From a bacterium (GTDB taxonomy: Bacteria; Fidelibacterota; Marinisomatia; Marinisomatales; UBA1611): a stretch of 10,832 nt of DNA. Shown piece after piece: positions 1 to 8,155 of the stretch. Position numbers and translations under genes: made by a program. Position 1 is the first letter of the stretch; each line of letters opens with the position of its first letter. The stretch covers positions 8,195 to 19,026 of the forward strand of contig JAYPIC010000021.1 in NCBI GenBank assembly GCA_038127595.1. Direction: 5' to 3'. The notes below the pieces were generated by a model. It searched no databases, had not been told where the DNA came from, and was given only the letters and a program-made list of their open reading frames with translations.

Positions 1-58
1 TAATTTAAAGGCTATGTTAAGTGTCAAAATAAACAAAAAATGATTGCTAATAAAATTC

Positions 59-1012
59 TTAATTAATTGATTCGTATATATCATAAATACAATCAGACAC
101 TCTGCTAGGATCAAGGTTTGTTATATCTACGATAAGATCAATGTTTTCTTTCTTAAACCATTTAATTTGTTTTTTAGCATACTGCCAAGTCTTACTAACG
201 ATAGTTTCTATTAATAAGTCTTTATTAATTGAACCATTTAAGTAATCAATTATTTGCTTATAACCAATCGAATCTAGCGCTGGAAAATCAATCTCCATTT
301 TCTCTTTCAAAGCAATTAAACTCCTTACTTCATCTATCCAACCATTATCAAGCATTTTAATTGTTCTTTTTTTAATGTTATTTAAATGAGGATCCTTTTT
401 AATGGTTAAAAAAACAGTAAATAAATTCAATTTATTTGTTTTTTCTATGTACTGATTTTTAAAATTTTCAGAGGGACCTTTTCCTGTTATTTTGTGTATT
501 TCTAAAGCTCTAACTAATCTTTTTTTATTATTTAAATGAACAACTTTATAATATTCTGGATCAATTTTCTTTAATTCATTGTGCAATTTGATAGGATTCT
601 TATCATACCTTAATTCTAAATCTTTTCTTATATCTTCATTAGAACTACTTTTCTCAAAAATCCCATCATTTATCGCGCGATAATACAAACCTGCACCTCC
701 ACAAATAATTGGATTCTCTCCAGCATTTATTATGCTATTAACACTATTAATAACCATTTTTGAATATTCACCTGCAGAGATCGACTCCCATGGATTTCTA
801 TTTCCAATGAGATGATGTACAATGGACTGCATTTCAATTTTATTTGGCTGAGCTGTACCAATTGACATGCCTTTATATATCTGTCTTGAATCAAGACCCA
901 CTACTTGACCTTTTATCAACTTGGCTATCTCTATACTGATATTTGTTTTACCAACAGCTGTCGGTCCAATTATTGTAAATATTTTTTTCAATAAATTATA
1001 ATGATAGTTCAA
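59..1012 (-). CDS. miaA: tRNA dimethylallyltransferase (IPP transferase)
   Basis: P-loop GPTAVGKT, DSRQIYKGM, HHLI, GGxGLY, R-L-V-R-A-L-E, IGYKQ and a C-terminal YAKxQxxWF motif. The start is uncertain: TTG at 1012 or, more likely, TTG at 991 (giving MKKIFTIIGPT). Confidence 0.95.
   Translation of the reverse strand: MNYHYNLLKKIFTIIGPTAVGKTNISIEIAKLIKGQVVGLDSRQIYKGMSIGTAQPNKIEMQSIVHHLIGNRNPWESISAGEYSKMVINSVNSIINAGENPIICGGAGLYYRAINDGIFEKSSSNEDIRKDLELRYDKNPIKLHNELKKIDPEYYKVVHLNNKKRLVRALEIHKITGKGPSENFKNQYIEKTNKLNLFTVFLTIKKDPHLNNIKKRTIKMLDNGWIDEVRSLIALKEKMEIDFPALDSIGYKQIIDYLNGSINKDLLIETIVSKTWQYAKKQIKWFKKENIDLIVDITNLDPSRVSDCIYDIYESIN
973..1002 (+). promoter_or_regulatory. Candidate sigma70 promoter for the sixA-like gene
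   Basis: TTGTAA (973-978), 18-bp spacer, perfect TATAAT (997-1002), about 50 bp upstream of ATG 1052. The AT-rich background makes a chance match plausible. Confidence 0.3.
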
Positions 1013-1051
1013 TAAATTAATTACATACTTAAGCCTATATTAATTTAAATC

Positions 1052-1546
1052 ATGAAAAATTACAGCATAATCATTTTTCGTCATGGAAAATCTGACTGGA
1101 ACGCTGTCTATGGTAAAGACCACGATAGACCACTATCTAAAAGAGGCATAAATGCTTCAAAAAAAATGGGTATTTTCTTGAAAAAGAAGGACCAAATTCC
1201 TGATATAGTGATATCCTCCTCTGCTGAGAGAGCAAAAACTACTGCTGAATTAGCTATCAAGGCAGGAAATTGGAATTCAAATTTTTACATTGATGAAAGA
1301 ATTTATGGCAGATCTTCCGATTTTCTACTTGAATTAACCAAGCTTATTGATGACAAACATAAGAGTATATGTTTTGTTGGTCATGAACCAACCTGCTCAA
1401 GTTTTATATCCCAAAGCACTTTTCATAGTGCTAGGTTTAAAACTGCATCTATGGCTAAAATTAATTTCTCTTTAAATAGTTGGAGTGAAATTGAGTTTGG
1501 CCAAGGAACATTAGACTGGTTAATATCGCCAAAAGAAATATCTTAA
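1052..1546 (+). CDS. sixA: SixA-like histidine phosphatase (PGM superfamily)
   Basis: RHGKSDW catalytic motif, DRPLSKRG, SSAxRAxxTA, VGHEP (canonical VGHNP/EP), FKTASMA; 164 aa is a typical SixA length. Confidence 0.85.
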   Translation: MKNYSIIIFRHGKSDWNAVYGKDHDRPLSKRGINASKKMGIFLKKKDQIPDIVISSSAERAKTTAELAIKAGNWNSNFYIDERIYGRSSDFLLELTKLIDDKHKSICFVGHEPTCSSFISQSTFHSARFKTASMAKINFSLNSWSEIEFGQGTLDWLISPKEIS

Positions 1547-3285
1547 ATTCTTTCAAACCTTTTATCAAGCTCTTCTAAAGAAAGTTGCATAATAATTGGC
1601 CTTCCATGAGGGCAATAATAAGGATGCTCAGTCGCAAATAATCTATTTACCAACATCGCCATCTCTTCTTTTGTCATTTGATCTCCAGCTTTAACTGCTG
1701 CCTTACAAGCAAATGAGGCAGCTAATGCTTCTTTGTAAGAACTATATTTTTTGCGAGTACTAATGAATTCATCTATAATTTCCTTAATGATTTTCTTTTC
1801 ATCACCCCAGCTTATATCTGAAGGGGTAGCTTCAACAATTAATTTTGATTCATCTGTTTCAATTATTTTAAATCCAATTTTTTTTAAATAAGGAAAAATT
1901 TCTAATAATATATCATATTCATCTTTTGAAAATTCTATTTCTTCAGGGAACAACAATGTTTGTGATGACATGACTTTTGATTCAAAAGCTTGCAAGCTTT
2001 CTTCATATAGTACGCGTTCATGCGCAACGTGCTGATCGATGACCACAAGACCACTATTAATTTCTGAAACGATATATTTTTTGTGTACTTGCCATAATTT
2101 TTCAATATTAAAATTATTCTCTTCATTTTTAACTGAAGTAATGTTGGAGGCATAAATTTTAGCCCTATCTATTTTTTCAAGATTAGAAGATAAATTATTA
2201 TTACTCCCAAAATTACTCTGAAATTCAATCGTAGACTGCTTGTTTGAAGTTTGAAAAAAAGAATCTGAATCAGAACTAATACGCTGAAAATTTGGTATAG
2301 TATTTAAAATCTCTGTCAAAGCATGACTTACTCCAGATTTTAAAACATGATAGACTCTCCATTCATCTTTAAATCTCACTTCAGTCTTCATAGGGTGCAC
2401 ATTCACGTCTACCTGATCAAATGGCATTTGAATATTTATGACGAAAAAAGGGTACTCTCCCCTTTTAACTAAAGACTGGTAGGATGAATAAACAGCAGAA
2501 TTAAGAAGTCTATCTTTAATATATCTACCATTTAGAAATATGTATTGTTCACCAAATCGCTTTCTAATGAGATTTAAATTCCCGATATATCCAGAAAAAG
2601 TAAAATCAGCTTTAGAGATCATTATCGGTATTAAATTTTTTGGATAGGTATTGTCAAATAATGAGCCTATTCTCTCTTCTAATGTCTCAGGAATAAGATC
2701 AATTATTTTTTTCCCATCCGTGACCAAAGAGAGTCCTAAATCCGGGCATGATAATCCAAATCTCTTTACTGTTTCAATTATTTTCCTAGCTTCTGTTCGA
2801 GGAGTTTTTAAAAATTTTTTCCTCGCTGGTGTATTATAAAAAAGATCCCTGATTGTAATTTGAGTGCCATCGATTTTTGGAGCTGGAATGACATCACTTA
2901 GATTTCCATCAATAACACTGATTTCAGAGCCCTCAGACCGTTCATCATTTGAAATAATAGAGACTTGAGCAACAGAAGCAATACTCGCTAGAGCCTCTCC
3001 TCTAAATCCTAAAGTATCAATAGCAAACAAATCATTTAGATTGGATAATTTACTTGTATGAAAACGCTTTAGAGCATTAGGTAATTGATCTTTTTTAATT
3101 CCTATTCCATTGTCGCGTACCTGGATTAGTTGATTGCCTCCCTGCTCAATGACTATATCAATCTGTTTTGCACCCGCATCTAGACTATTTTCCAAGAGCT
3201 CTTTAACTACAGATGAAGGCCTTTCAACAACCTCTCCAGCTGAAATTTTATTTTGAAGATCTTCTGATAAACGTAAAATATCCAT
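1543..3285 (-). CDS. mutL: DNA mismatch repair protein MutL, endonuclease-containing type
   Basis: ISAGEVVERPSSVVKELLENSLDAGA, DNGIG, GFRGEALASI, DVNVHPxKTEVRF; C-terminal DQHVAHERVLYE, ACK and CPHGRP motifs; clamp-binding-like QTLLFP. Confidence 0.98.
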   Translation of the reverse strand: MDILRLSEDLQNKISAGEVVERPSSVVKELLENSLDAGAKQIDIVIEQGGNQLIQVRDNGIGIKKDQLPNALKRFHTSKLSNLNDLFAIDTLGFRGEALASIASVAQVSIISNDERSEGSEISVIDGNLSDVIPAPKIDGTQITIRDLFYNTPARKKFLKTPRTEARKIIETVKRFGLSCPDLGLSLVTDGKKIIDLIPETLEERIGSLFDNTYPKNLIPIMISKADFTFSGYIGNLNLIRKRFGEQYIFLNGRYIKDRLLNSAVYSSYQSLVKRGEYPFFVINIQMPFDQVDVNVHPMKTEVRFKDEWRVYHVLKSGVSHALTEILNTIPNFQRISSDSDSFFQTSNKQSTIEFQSNFGSNNNLSSNLEKIDRAKIYASNITSVKNEENNFNIEKLWQVHKKYIVSEINSGLVVIDQHVAHERVLYEESLQAFESKVMSSQTLLFPEEIEFSKDEYDILLEIFPYLKKIGFKIIETDESKLIVEATPSDISWGDEKKIIKEIIDEFISTRKKYSSYKEALAASFACKAAVKAGDQMTKEEMAMLVNRLFATEHPYYCPHGRPIIMQLSLEELDKRFERI

Positions 3286-3292
3286 TATAATT

Positions 3293-4996
3293 TTACTCTT
3301 TTATAATTTTTTTGGTTAGGGTAAATGCTTTTTTGTGTAGTCTATTTGATTCTTTTAATAGACCTTCTATCTTTTCTTCAATTTTTGAATCATAATTTGA
3401 AATTTTATCAAAACTCGATAAGTTAATCATAACATTAACACATCCACCACGAACACCAGCTAAACCAACTTCAGCTGCAACATGAGCATCTGTTACAGAA
3501 TTTGGATTACCATATTTAATTAAATCGATTGAAAGTTTGATAATTTCTAATGAAATAATTGCGATTTCTAGCGGCGTGTCAGTTGCTATTTTATACGCTT
3601 TGAATAACTCTTGTTTTTTAAATTTAATCTCCGACTTTGATTTTTCAGGCAACCTACTTGCGTCCATTACACTATCAAATGCATGAGTATCTTCATCGAC
3701 AAGTTCTTTTAGCCTTTTTTGATATTTATGAGCCATTTCGCCTAAACGACTCATTTTTTTACGTTTACTAAAATATTCTTTTTTATCATATGTCAACAAA
3801 GAGACCATAGATAAAAGCGCTGCACCCAAAGCTCCTGCAAGAGCAGATACACTTCCACCTCCAGGAGCTGGACTGTTTTGTGAAATAGAGTGAATTAAGT
3901 CATCAGTGCTTAAATGCAATAATGAGTCTTTTTTATCTTCGATTGCAAATTCAATTATTTTTTCTTTAGAATTAAACTTAGACACATCATTTAAACCAAG
4001 ACTTTGCACAGCACATTCTAGAATATCACTTTCCGAAACACCTAAAGATCTGCCTTGCTTATTTAAATAATATTTTCCGGCATCTATAAGTGCAGATTTA
4101 GGAATAAGACCTACTAATTCACTGCCAGTGACTCTCAATCCTCTCTTAATCGCTAAATCACACACTGAATCAAAAACCTGATAGATTGGAGAGATTTTAA
4201 AATTTGTAAAGTTAATAGAAATTTGTGCCCTATTGTATTCACTTACATACCATCCGATTGCTTTAACACATTTAAACTTTCCTGGAACTTTGATTGGTGA
4301 GCCATTCTTATGACGTATGATTTCACCATCTAAAAGGTTTGATGACTTAGGATTTTTTTTTCTCTTACTTCTACCAGCCTCTCTAATTTCAAACGCGATA
4401 TCAGTAGCCAGTCTTTTATCTGTAGTATTTAAATTAATATTGTATGCAATTAAAAATTCTCTACATCCGATCACTGTTGCACCAGCAGACTTGTTAAATT
4501 TAGTTGGACCAAAATCTGGCTTCCAATTTTTATCTTTTAATTTTTGCTCTAGACCCTCATATTCACCTTCTCGAATAGAGGCCAGATTTTCCCTCGATGG
4601 AAAAATAGCTGATTTTTCATAAAGATAAACTGGAATATTTAATTCAAGACCGACTTTTTCAGCTAATATAATTGAGTATTCAATGCATTCCTCTATCGAA
4701 ACACCACTTACAGGAATGATAGGACAAACATCTGTAGCACCAATACGAGGATGTGTCCCCTTATGTAGAGACATGTCAATTAGTTCAGAGGCACGCTTAA
4801 TACCTTGAAAAGCTGCCTCTATTACACTTTTAGGTTCACCCACAAAAGTTACTACTGTCCTGTTTGTATCTAAACCGGGGTCACAATCAAGAACAGTAAC
4901 ACCTTGAATTGATCTAATTGAACTTACTATACTATTAATTTTTGTTTGGTCAGTTCCTTCACTAAAGTTTGGAACACATTCAATTATTTTACTCAA
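3293..4996 (-). CDS. ftcD: Bifunctional glutamate formimidoyltransferase / formiminotetrahydrofolate cyclodeaminase
   Basis: N-terminal IIECVPNFSEG, NRTVVT, HPRIGATDVCP, LIAYNINL, GSELVGLIP; C-terminal cyclodeaminase domain with SPAPGGGSVSALAGALGAAL and GNPNSVTDA. TTG start with AAAGGA (5005-5010) upstream. Confidence 0.95.
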   Translation of the reverse strand: MSKIIECVPNFSEGTDQTKINSIVSSIRSIQGVTVLDCDPGLDTNRTVVTFVGEPKSVIEAAFQGIKRASELIDMSLHKGTHPRIGATDVCPIIPVSGVSIEECIEYSIILAEKVGLELNIPVYLYEKSAIFPSRENLASIREGEYEGLEQKLKDKNWKPDFGPTKFNKSAGATVIGCREFLIAYNINLNTTDKRLATDIAFEIREAGRSKRKKNPKSSNLLDGEIIRHKNGSPIKVPGKFKCVKAIGWYVSEYNRAQISINFTNFKISPIYQVFDSVCDLAIKRGLRVTGSELVGLIPKSALIDAGKYYLNKQGRSLGVSESDILECAVQSLGLNDVSKFNSKEKIIEFAIEDKKDSLLHLSTDDLIHSISQNSPAPGGGSVSALAGALGAALLSMVSLLTYDKKEYFSKRKKMSRLGEMAHKYQKRLKELVDEDTHAFDSVMDASRLPEKSKSEIKFKKQELFKAYKIATDTPLEIAIISLEIIKLSIDLIKYGNPNSVTDAHVAAEVGLAGVRGGCVNVMINLSSFDKISNYDSKIEEKIEGLLKESNRLHKKAFTLTKKIIKE

Positions 4997-5001
4997 TTAG
5001 T

Positions 5002-5121
5002 CTATCCTTTTATCGCAATATTTTCTAGGTAATATATTAAATACAACACCACAGCTAACATTAAAATTAATCGAAAAAGTGACTTATTACTAACTTTGGT
5101 CTTTTTTAAAAACCTTCTCAA
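5002..5121 (-). CDS. Putative 39-aa single-pass membrane small protein (not in the ORF track)
   Basis: Manual translation from TTG (5121-5119) to TAG (5004-5002): MRRFLKKTKVSNKSLFRLILMLAVVLYLIYYLENIAIKG. Basic N-terminus followed by an ~18-residue hydrophobic stretch. It fills the only large gap in the gene run, 18 bp after the M50 stop and 5 bp before ftcD. Confidence 0.65.
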   Translation of the reverse strand: MRRFLKKTKVSNKSLFRLILMLAVVLYLIYYLENIAIKG

Positions 5122-5139
5122 ATTTCTTAAATCTGATAT

Positions 5140-5769
5140 TTAAAAAAATATAAAAAGAAAAAAATTAAATATTGGATTAATGACCAAAGAAAAGATGTGA
5201 ATTCCTGTTACCATACTAAAAATTATAACAAATAATAGCACTCTTGGACCATACATCTCCATTTTATAAACCATGTGGCCACCAAAATGCTTTTCAATGA
5301 ATGGTGTTAGTATCTGTGAACCATCGAGCGGAGAGATTGGGAGAAGATTAAAAACCGCTAGAGTAATATTAATTTGCATAAAAATTATTAAAAAGGTTTT
5401 TATATCTGGAGAAAGAAATCCGCTATTTAATAATATACGTAAACTAACTGCACTTAAAATTGCTAATAATAAATTTGATAATGGACCAGCAGCAGCAACT
5501 TTGACCATGTCATCTCTAGGGTTATTTAAAAATCTAGAATCAACAGGGACAGGCTTTGCCCAGCCAAATCCCATCAATAATAAAGCTATTGAACCAACAG
5601 GGTCAAGATGCGCCATAGGATTAAGTGTTAACCTGCCTAGTCTTGCTGCTGTATCATCGCCTAATCTATATGCCATCCAGGCATGTGCAAATTCATGAAA
5701 AGAGAGTGAAAAAACTAAAGCTGGAATCAAAAGAATGATTATTTGAATATCTAGATTCCCAAATATCAT
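5140..5769 (-). CDS. Site-2 protease family (peptidase M50, small YwhC-like) intramembrane Zn metalloprotease
   Basis: HEFAH (HExxH), GRLTLNPxAHLDPxG, GWAKPVPV, VAAAGPLSN, FNLLPISPLDG (NxxPxxxLDG); several hydrophobic segments. Confidence 0.93.
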   Translation of the reverse strand: MIFGNLDIQIIILLIPALVFSLSFHEFAHAWMAYRLGDDTAARLGRLTLNPMAHLDPVGSIALLLMGFGWAKPVPVDSRFLNNPRDDMVKVAAAGPLSNLLLAILSAVSLRILLNSGFLSPDIKTFLIIFMQINITLAVFNLLPISPLDGSQILTPFIEKHFGGHMVYKMEMYGPRVLLFVIIFSMVTGIHIFSLVINPIFNFFLFIFF

Positions 5770-5783
5770 TTTAAAATACCTCT

Positions 5784-6824
5784 TTATTTACTTTTTTGAG
5801 CTCGTGGATGATAATGATCATATTCATTTTTCAAAGTCGTCTTATCTAAATGAGTGTATATCTGAGTAGTTGTAATATCAGAGTGCCCTAACATATGCTG
5901 AACAAACCTTATATCTGCGCCACCCTCAATTAAATGTGTGGCAAAAGAATGACGAAAAGTATGGGGCGAAATTTTTTTTCTTACTCGAGATTTTAAGGAC
6001 CACTTATCTACAATTTTATTAACCATCGCCCGGGTAAGAGGATTGCCATTTCTACTAATAAAAAGATTTTCAATCTTTTTATCCTTTAAAAGTTTTCCTC
6101 TAAATTTAATCATGAATTTGTTCCATATGGATCTTGATTTTGAGCCAATAGGAACTAGTCGTTCTTTTTTTCCTTTGCCTAGAACTTTAACTAATCCTGG
6201 CATTTTCATTAGTTCTTGCTCATACTTTATTCTCGCAGGGTGTTTTTCATGCATTCTTTTAGCTAAATTTACTTTCATAACATCTAAACCATCTAAATCT
6301 TCATATTCTAACTCCATATCATCATCAATCATAGGCTCTATCATAGGCTGAAGCACACTCAAGTCACACAGCTCACTTACTCTTAACCCACAAGAATATA
6401 ATAATTCAATTATTGCATAATCTCTAAAATTCAATGCATCATCCCTAGGTATTACGCTCATGATATTTTCAATTTCATCAGTGGTCAACACTACAGGTAA
6501 TTTTTTTGACAATTTTGGAGTATCTATTAATAAGGAGGGATTATCATTAAGAATTTTTTCTTTAGATAAAAATTGATGATAAGAACGTACTGAAGTCACC
6601 ATCCTAGCTATACTTGCAGGCGCAAGGTGGAGGTCACTTAATTTCTTAACATAGTTTCTTATGTGACCCTGATTGATGCTTTCTAAAGACGATATACTTT
6701 CTTTATCAGCCAAAAATGAAAGATATCTTTTAATATCAGAGCTATAAGCTTCAATAGTTTTAGTCGATACATTAAGCTCTACCCGAAGCATAGTTAAATA
6801 GTCTTGCAGGTAAGAATTATTCAA
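5784..6824 (-). CDS. xerD: Tyrosine recombinase XerD-like, with an internal insertion
   Basis: N-terminal SAM-like domain ([21 protein letters not shown]); catalytic R (GLRVSE), K ([10 protein letters not shown]), HxxR ([12 protein letters not shown]), H (LGHSDI), Y (TTQIYTH); C-terminal HPRA. TTG start 2 bp after the gmhA-like stop. XerC cannot be fully excluded. Confidence 0.85.
   Translation of the reverse strand: MNNSYLQDYLTMLRVELNVSTKTIEAYSSDIKRYLSFLADKESISSLESINQGHIRNYVKKLSDLHLAPASIARMVTSVRSYHQFLSKEKILNDNPSLLIDTPKLSKKLPVVLTTDEIENIMSVIPRDDALNFRDYAIIELLYSCGLRVSELCDLSVLQPMIEPMIDDDMELEYEDLDGLDVMKVNLAKRMHEKHPARIKYEQELMKMPGLVKVLGKGKKERLVPIGSKSRSIWNKFMIKFRGKLLKDKKIENLFISRNGNPLTRAMVNKIVDKWSLKSRVRKKISPHTFRHSFATHLIEGGADIRFVQHMLGHSDITTTQIYTHLDKTTLKNEYDHYHPRAQKSK
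6328..6349. repeat. Short direct repeat ATCATAGGCT x2, 12-bp period, encoding PMIEPMI
   Basis: ATCATAGGCT at 6328-6337 and 6340-6349, near the N-terminal edge of the XerD insertion. Confidence 0.6.
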
Positions 6825-6826
6825 TC

Positions 6827-7411
6827 TTATAAAACTGATTCTTCTACTAAACTACAAAGAATTTGCCCAATCATTATATGACACTCCTGGATCCTTTGAG
6901 TATTATCTGATGGCACTTTTATTGTTATATCAGCTAAACCATCGATTTTCCCTGCAGTTTTACCTGTTAAGGTTATCGTTTTTAATTTTTTAAAATTTGC
7001 TTGTCTTATGGCATTTATAACATTTTCAGAATTTCCGCTAGTTGATATACCGATAAGCACATCGCCGGTATCTCCTATACCTTGAATTTGTCTAGAGAAA
7101 ATTGAATTAAAGTCAGTATCATTTGCCCAAGCAGTAATGAATGAAGAGTCCGTGGTAAGAGCTATTGAGGGGATAGGTTTCCTATCATGGTCGCTCATAC
7201 CTCCCATTAACTCAGTAGCCAAATGTTGAGCATCTGCTGCACTACCTCCGTTACCGCACCATAATATTTTTTTTGAAGTATTTACAGCATCAATTAATAA
7301 GCCAGCTGCTTCCTCGATATCACTTAAACCACTTTCAATTAATAAATGCTTGGTTAATATACTTTCTTCGACTTGTTTCTTAATAGATTCCTGAATCATT
7401 TTAATAGACAT
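6827..7411 (-). CDS. gmhA: GmhA/DiaA-family SIS-domain protein (phosphoheptose isomerase-like, divergent active site)
   Basis: [36 protein letters not shown] and RIQExH motifs. The function is uncertain because of active-site substitutions (see findings). Confidence 0.75.
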   Translation of the reverse strand: MSIKMIQESIKKQVEESILTKHLLIESGLSDIEEAAGLLIDAVNTSKKILWCGNGGSAADAQHLATELMGGMSDHDRKPIPSIALTTDSSFITAWANDTDFNSIFSRQIQGIGDTGDVLIGISTSGNSENVINAIRQANFKKLKTITLTGKTAGKIDGLADITIKVPSDNTQRIQECHIMIGQILCSLVEESVL

Positions 7412-7420
7412 GATTATTAT

Positions 7421-8155
7421 TTATTGATGAATAGCTGCTGCAAAATCGCTAATTAATTCTTTTGAATTTTCAATTGCTGATCCTATCACAACAAACGAAG
7501 CACCAGAATTTACTAGCTGACCTGCATCTTCTGGAGTTCTGACACCACCTCCTACAACAATATCTATATCAATTTCACCGGAGACAGCCTGTAAAGTTTC
7601 ATTCGGGATTCTATTTTTAGCTCCACTACCACATTCGAGATAAATCATTTTCATTCCTAAGAACTGAGCTGCTAGAGCATGACTTACCAATAAATCTGGT
7701 TTAGTAAACGGTAAAGGTTTCGTTCCGCTAATATACTCGACGCTGGTAGGTGAACCCCCATCTATGAGTAAATACGCTGTTGGTATTGTTTCTATTCCAA
7801 TGTCTTTAACTATAGGAGCTGCAAGAACTTGTTCTCCAATTAAATAATGAGGGTTTCTTCCTGATAACAAAGACATAAATAAAATTGCATCAAAATATTT
7901 ACTTATCTGGTTTACTCCCCCTGGAAATAAAATCACTGGAATATTTGAAATTGATTTAATTTTTTTTATACGATCATTATAAAAACTGTCCATCATAATA
8001 CTACCACCTACAAAAATCGCATCTGCTCCATATAAGTTAGCATTTTCAACTAATCCGATGATATTTTCATCATTTTTTTTATCTGGGTCGATCAAAACAA
8101 TGAAACCAGCTCCTTTTTTTTTAACAGATTGTTTCAGAGTTAGTAAAGTGCTCAT
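7421..8155 (-). CDS. Geranylgeranylglyceryl/heptaprenylglyceryl phosphate synthase family (GGGPS/PcrB), group II type
   Basis: LIDPDK, DAIFVGGS, PVILFPG, DAILFMSLLSGRNPHYLIGEQ, TKPLP, ALAAQFLGMKMIYLECGSGA, VGGGVR and VVIG: signatures of the group II TIM-barrel prenyltransferases. Confidence 0.93.
   Translation of the reverse strand: MSTLLTLKQSVKKKGAGFIVLIDPDKKNDENIIGLVENANLYGADAIFVGGSIMMDSFYNDRIKKIKSISNIPVILFPGGVNQISKYFDAILFMSLLSGRNPHYLIGEQVLAAPIVKDIGIETIPTAYLLIDGGSPTSVEYISGTKPLPFTKPDLLVSHALAAQFLGMKMIYLECGSGAKNRIPNETLQAVSGEIDIDIVVGGGVRTPEDAGQLVNSGASFVVIGSAIENSKELISDFAAAIHQ

Noticed and set aside
1..27. CTATGTTAAGT (12-22) resembling the XerD arm of dif (9/11 match to TTATGTTAAAT), and a minus-strand TTGACA (27-22)
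   Set aside because: Both are cut off by the window edge: the XerC arm is not visible and the spacing does not fit a 6-bp core, and no well-spaced -10 box can be confirmed.
1985..2000. Perfect 16-bp palindrome AAAGCTTGCAAGCTTT
   Set aside because: Single copy inside mutL coding sequence; one such palindrome is plausible by chance in about 11 kb of AT-rich DNA.
4997..5139. Largest gap as a riboswitch, ncRNA or terminator upstream of ftcD
   Set aside because: No stable stem-loops or recognisable aptamer motifs; the region is better explained by the 39-aa ORF.
6198..6359. XerD insertion as an intein, intron or mobile-element remnant
   Set aside because: Far too short for an intein, with no terminal His-Asn/nucleophile junction; no splice features, terminal inverted repeats or target duplication seen.
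5784..6824. Tyrosine recombinase as a prophage or island integrase
   Set aside because: It has Xer-type motifs and a C-terminal HPRA, sits among housekeeping genes, and has no adjacent tRNA, att repeats or cargo genes.
4353..8122. A8-A9 homopolymer runs on the coding strand (e.g. 4353-4361, 5972-5979, 8114-8122) as phase-variation or frameshift sites
   Set aside because: All frames are intact and the runs are mostly consecutive Lys codons, as expected at this AT content.
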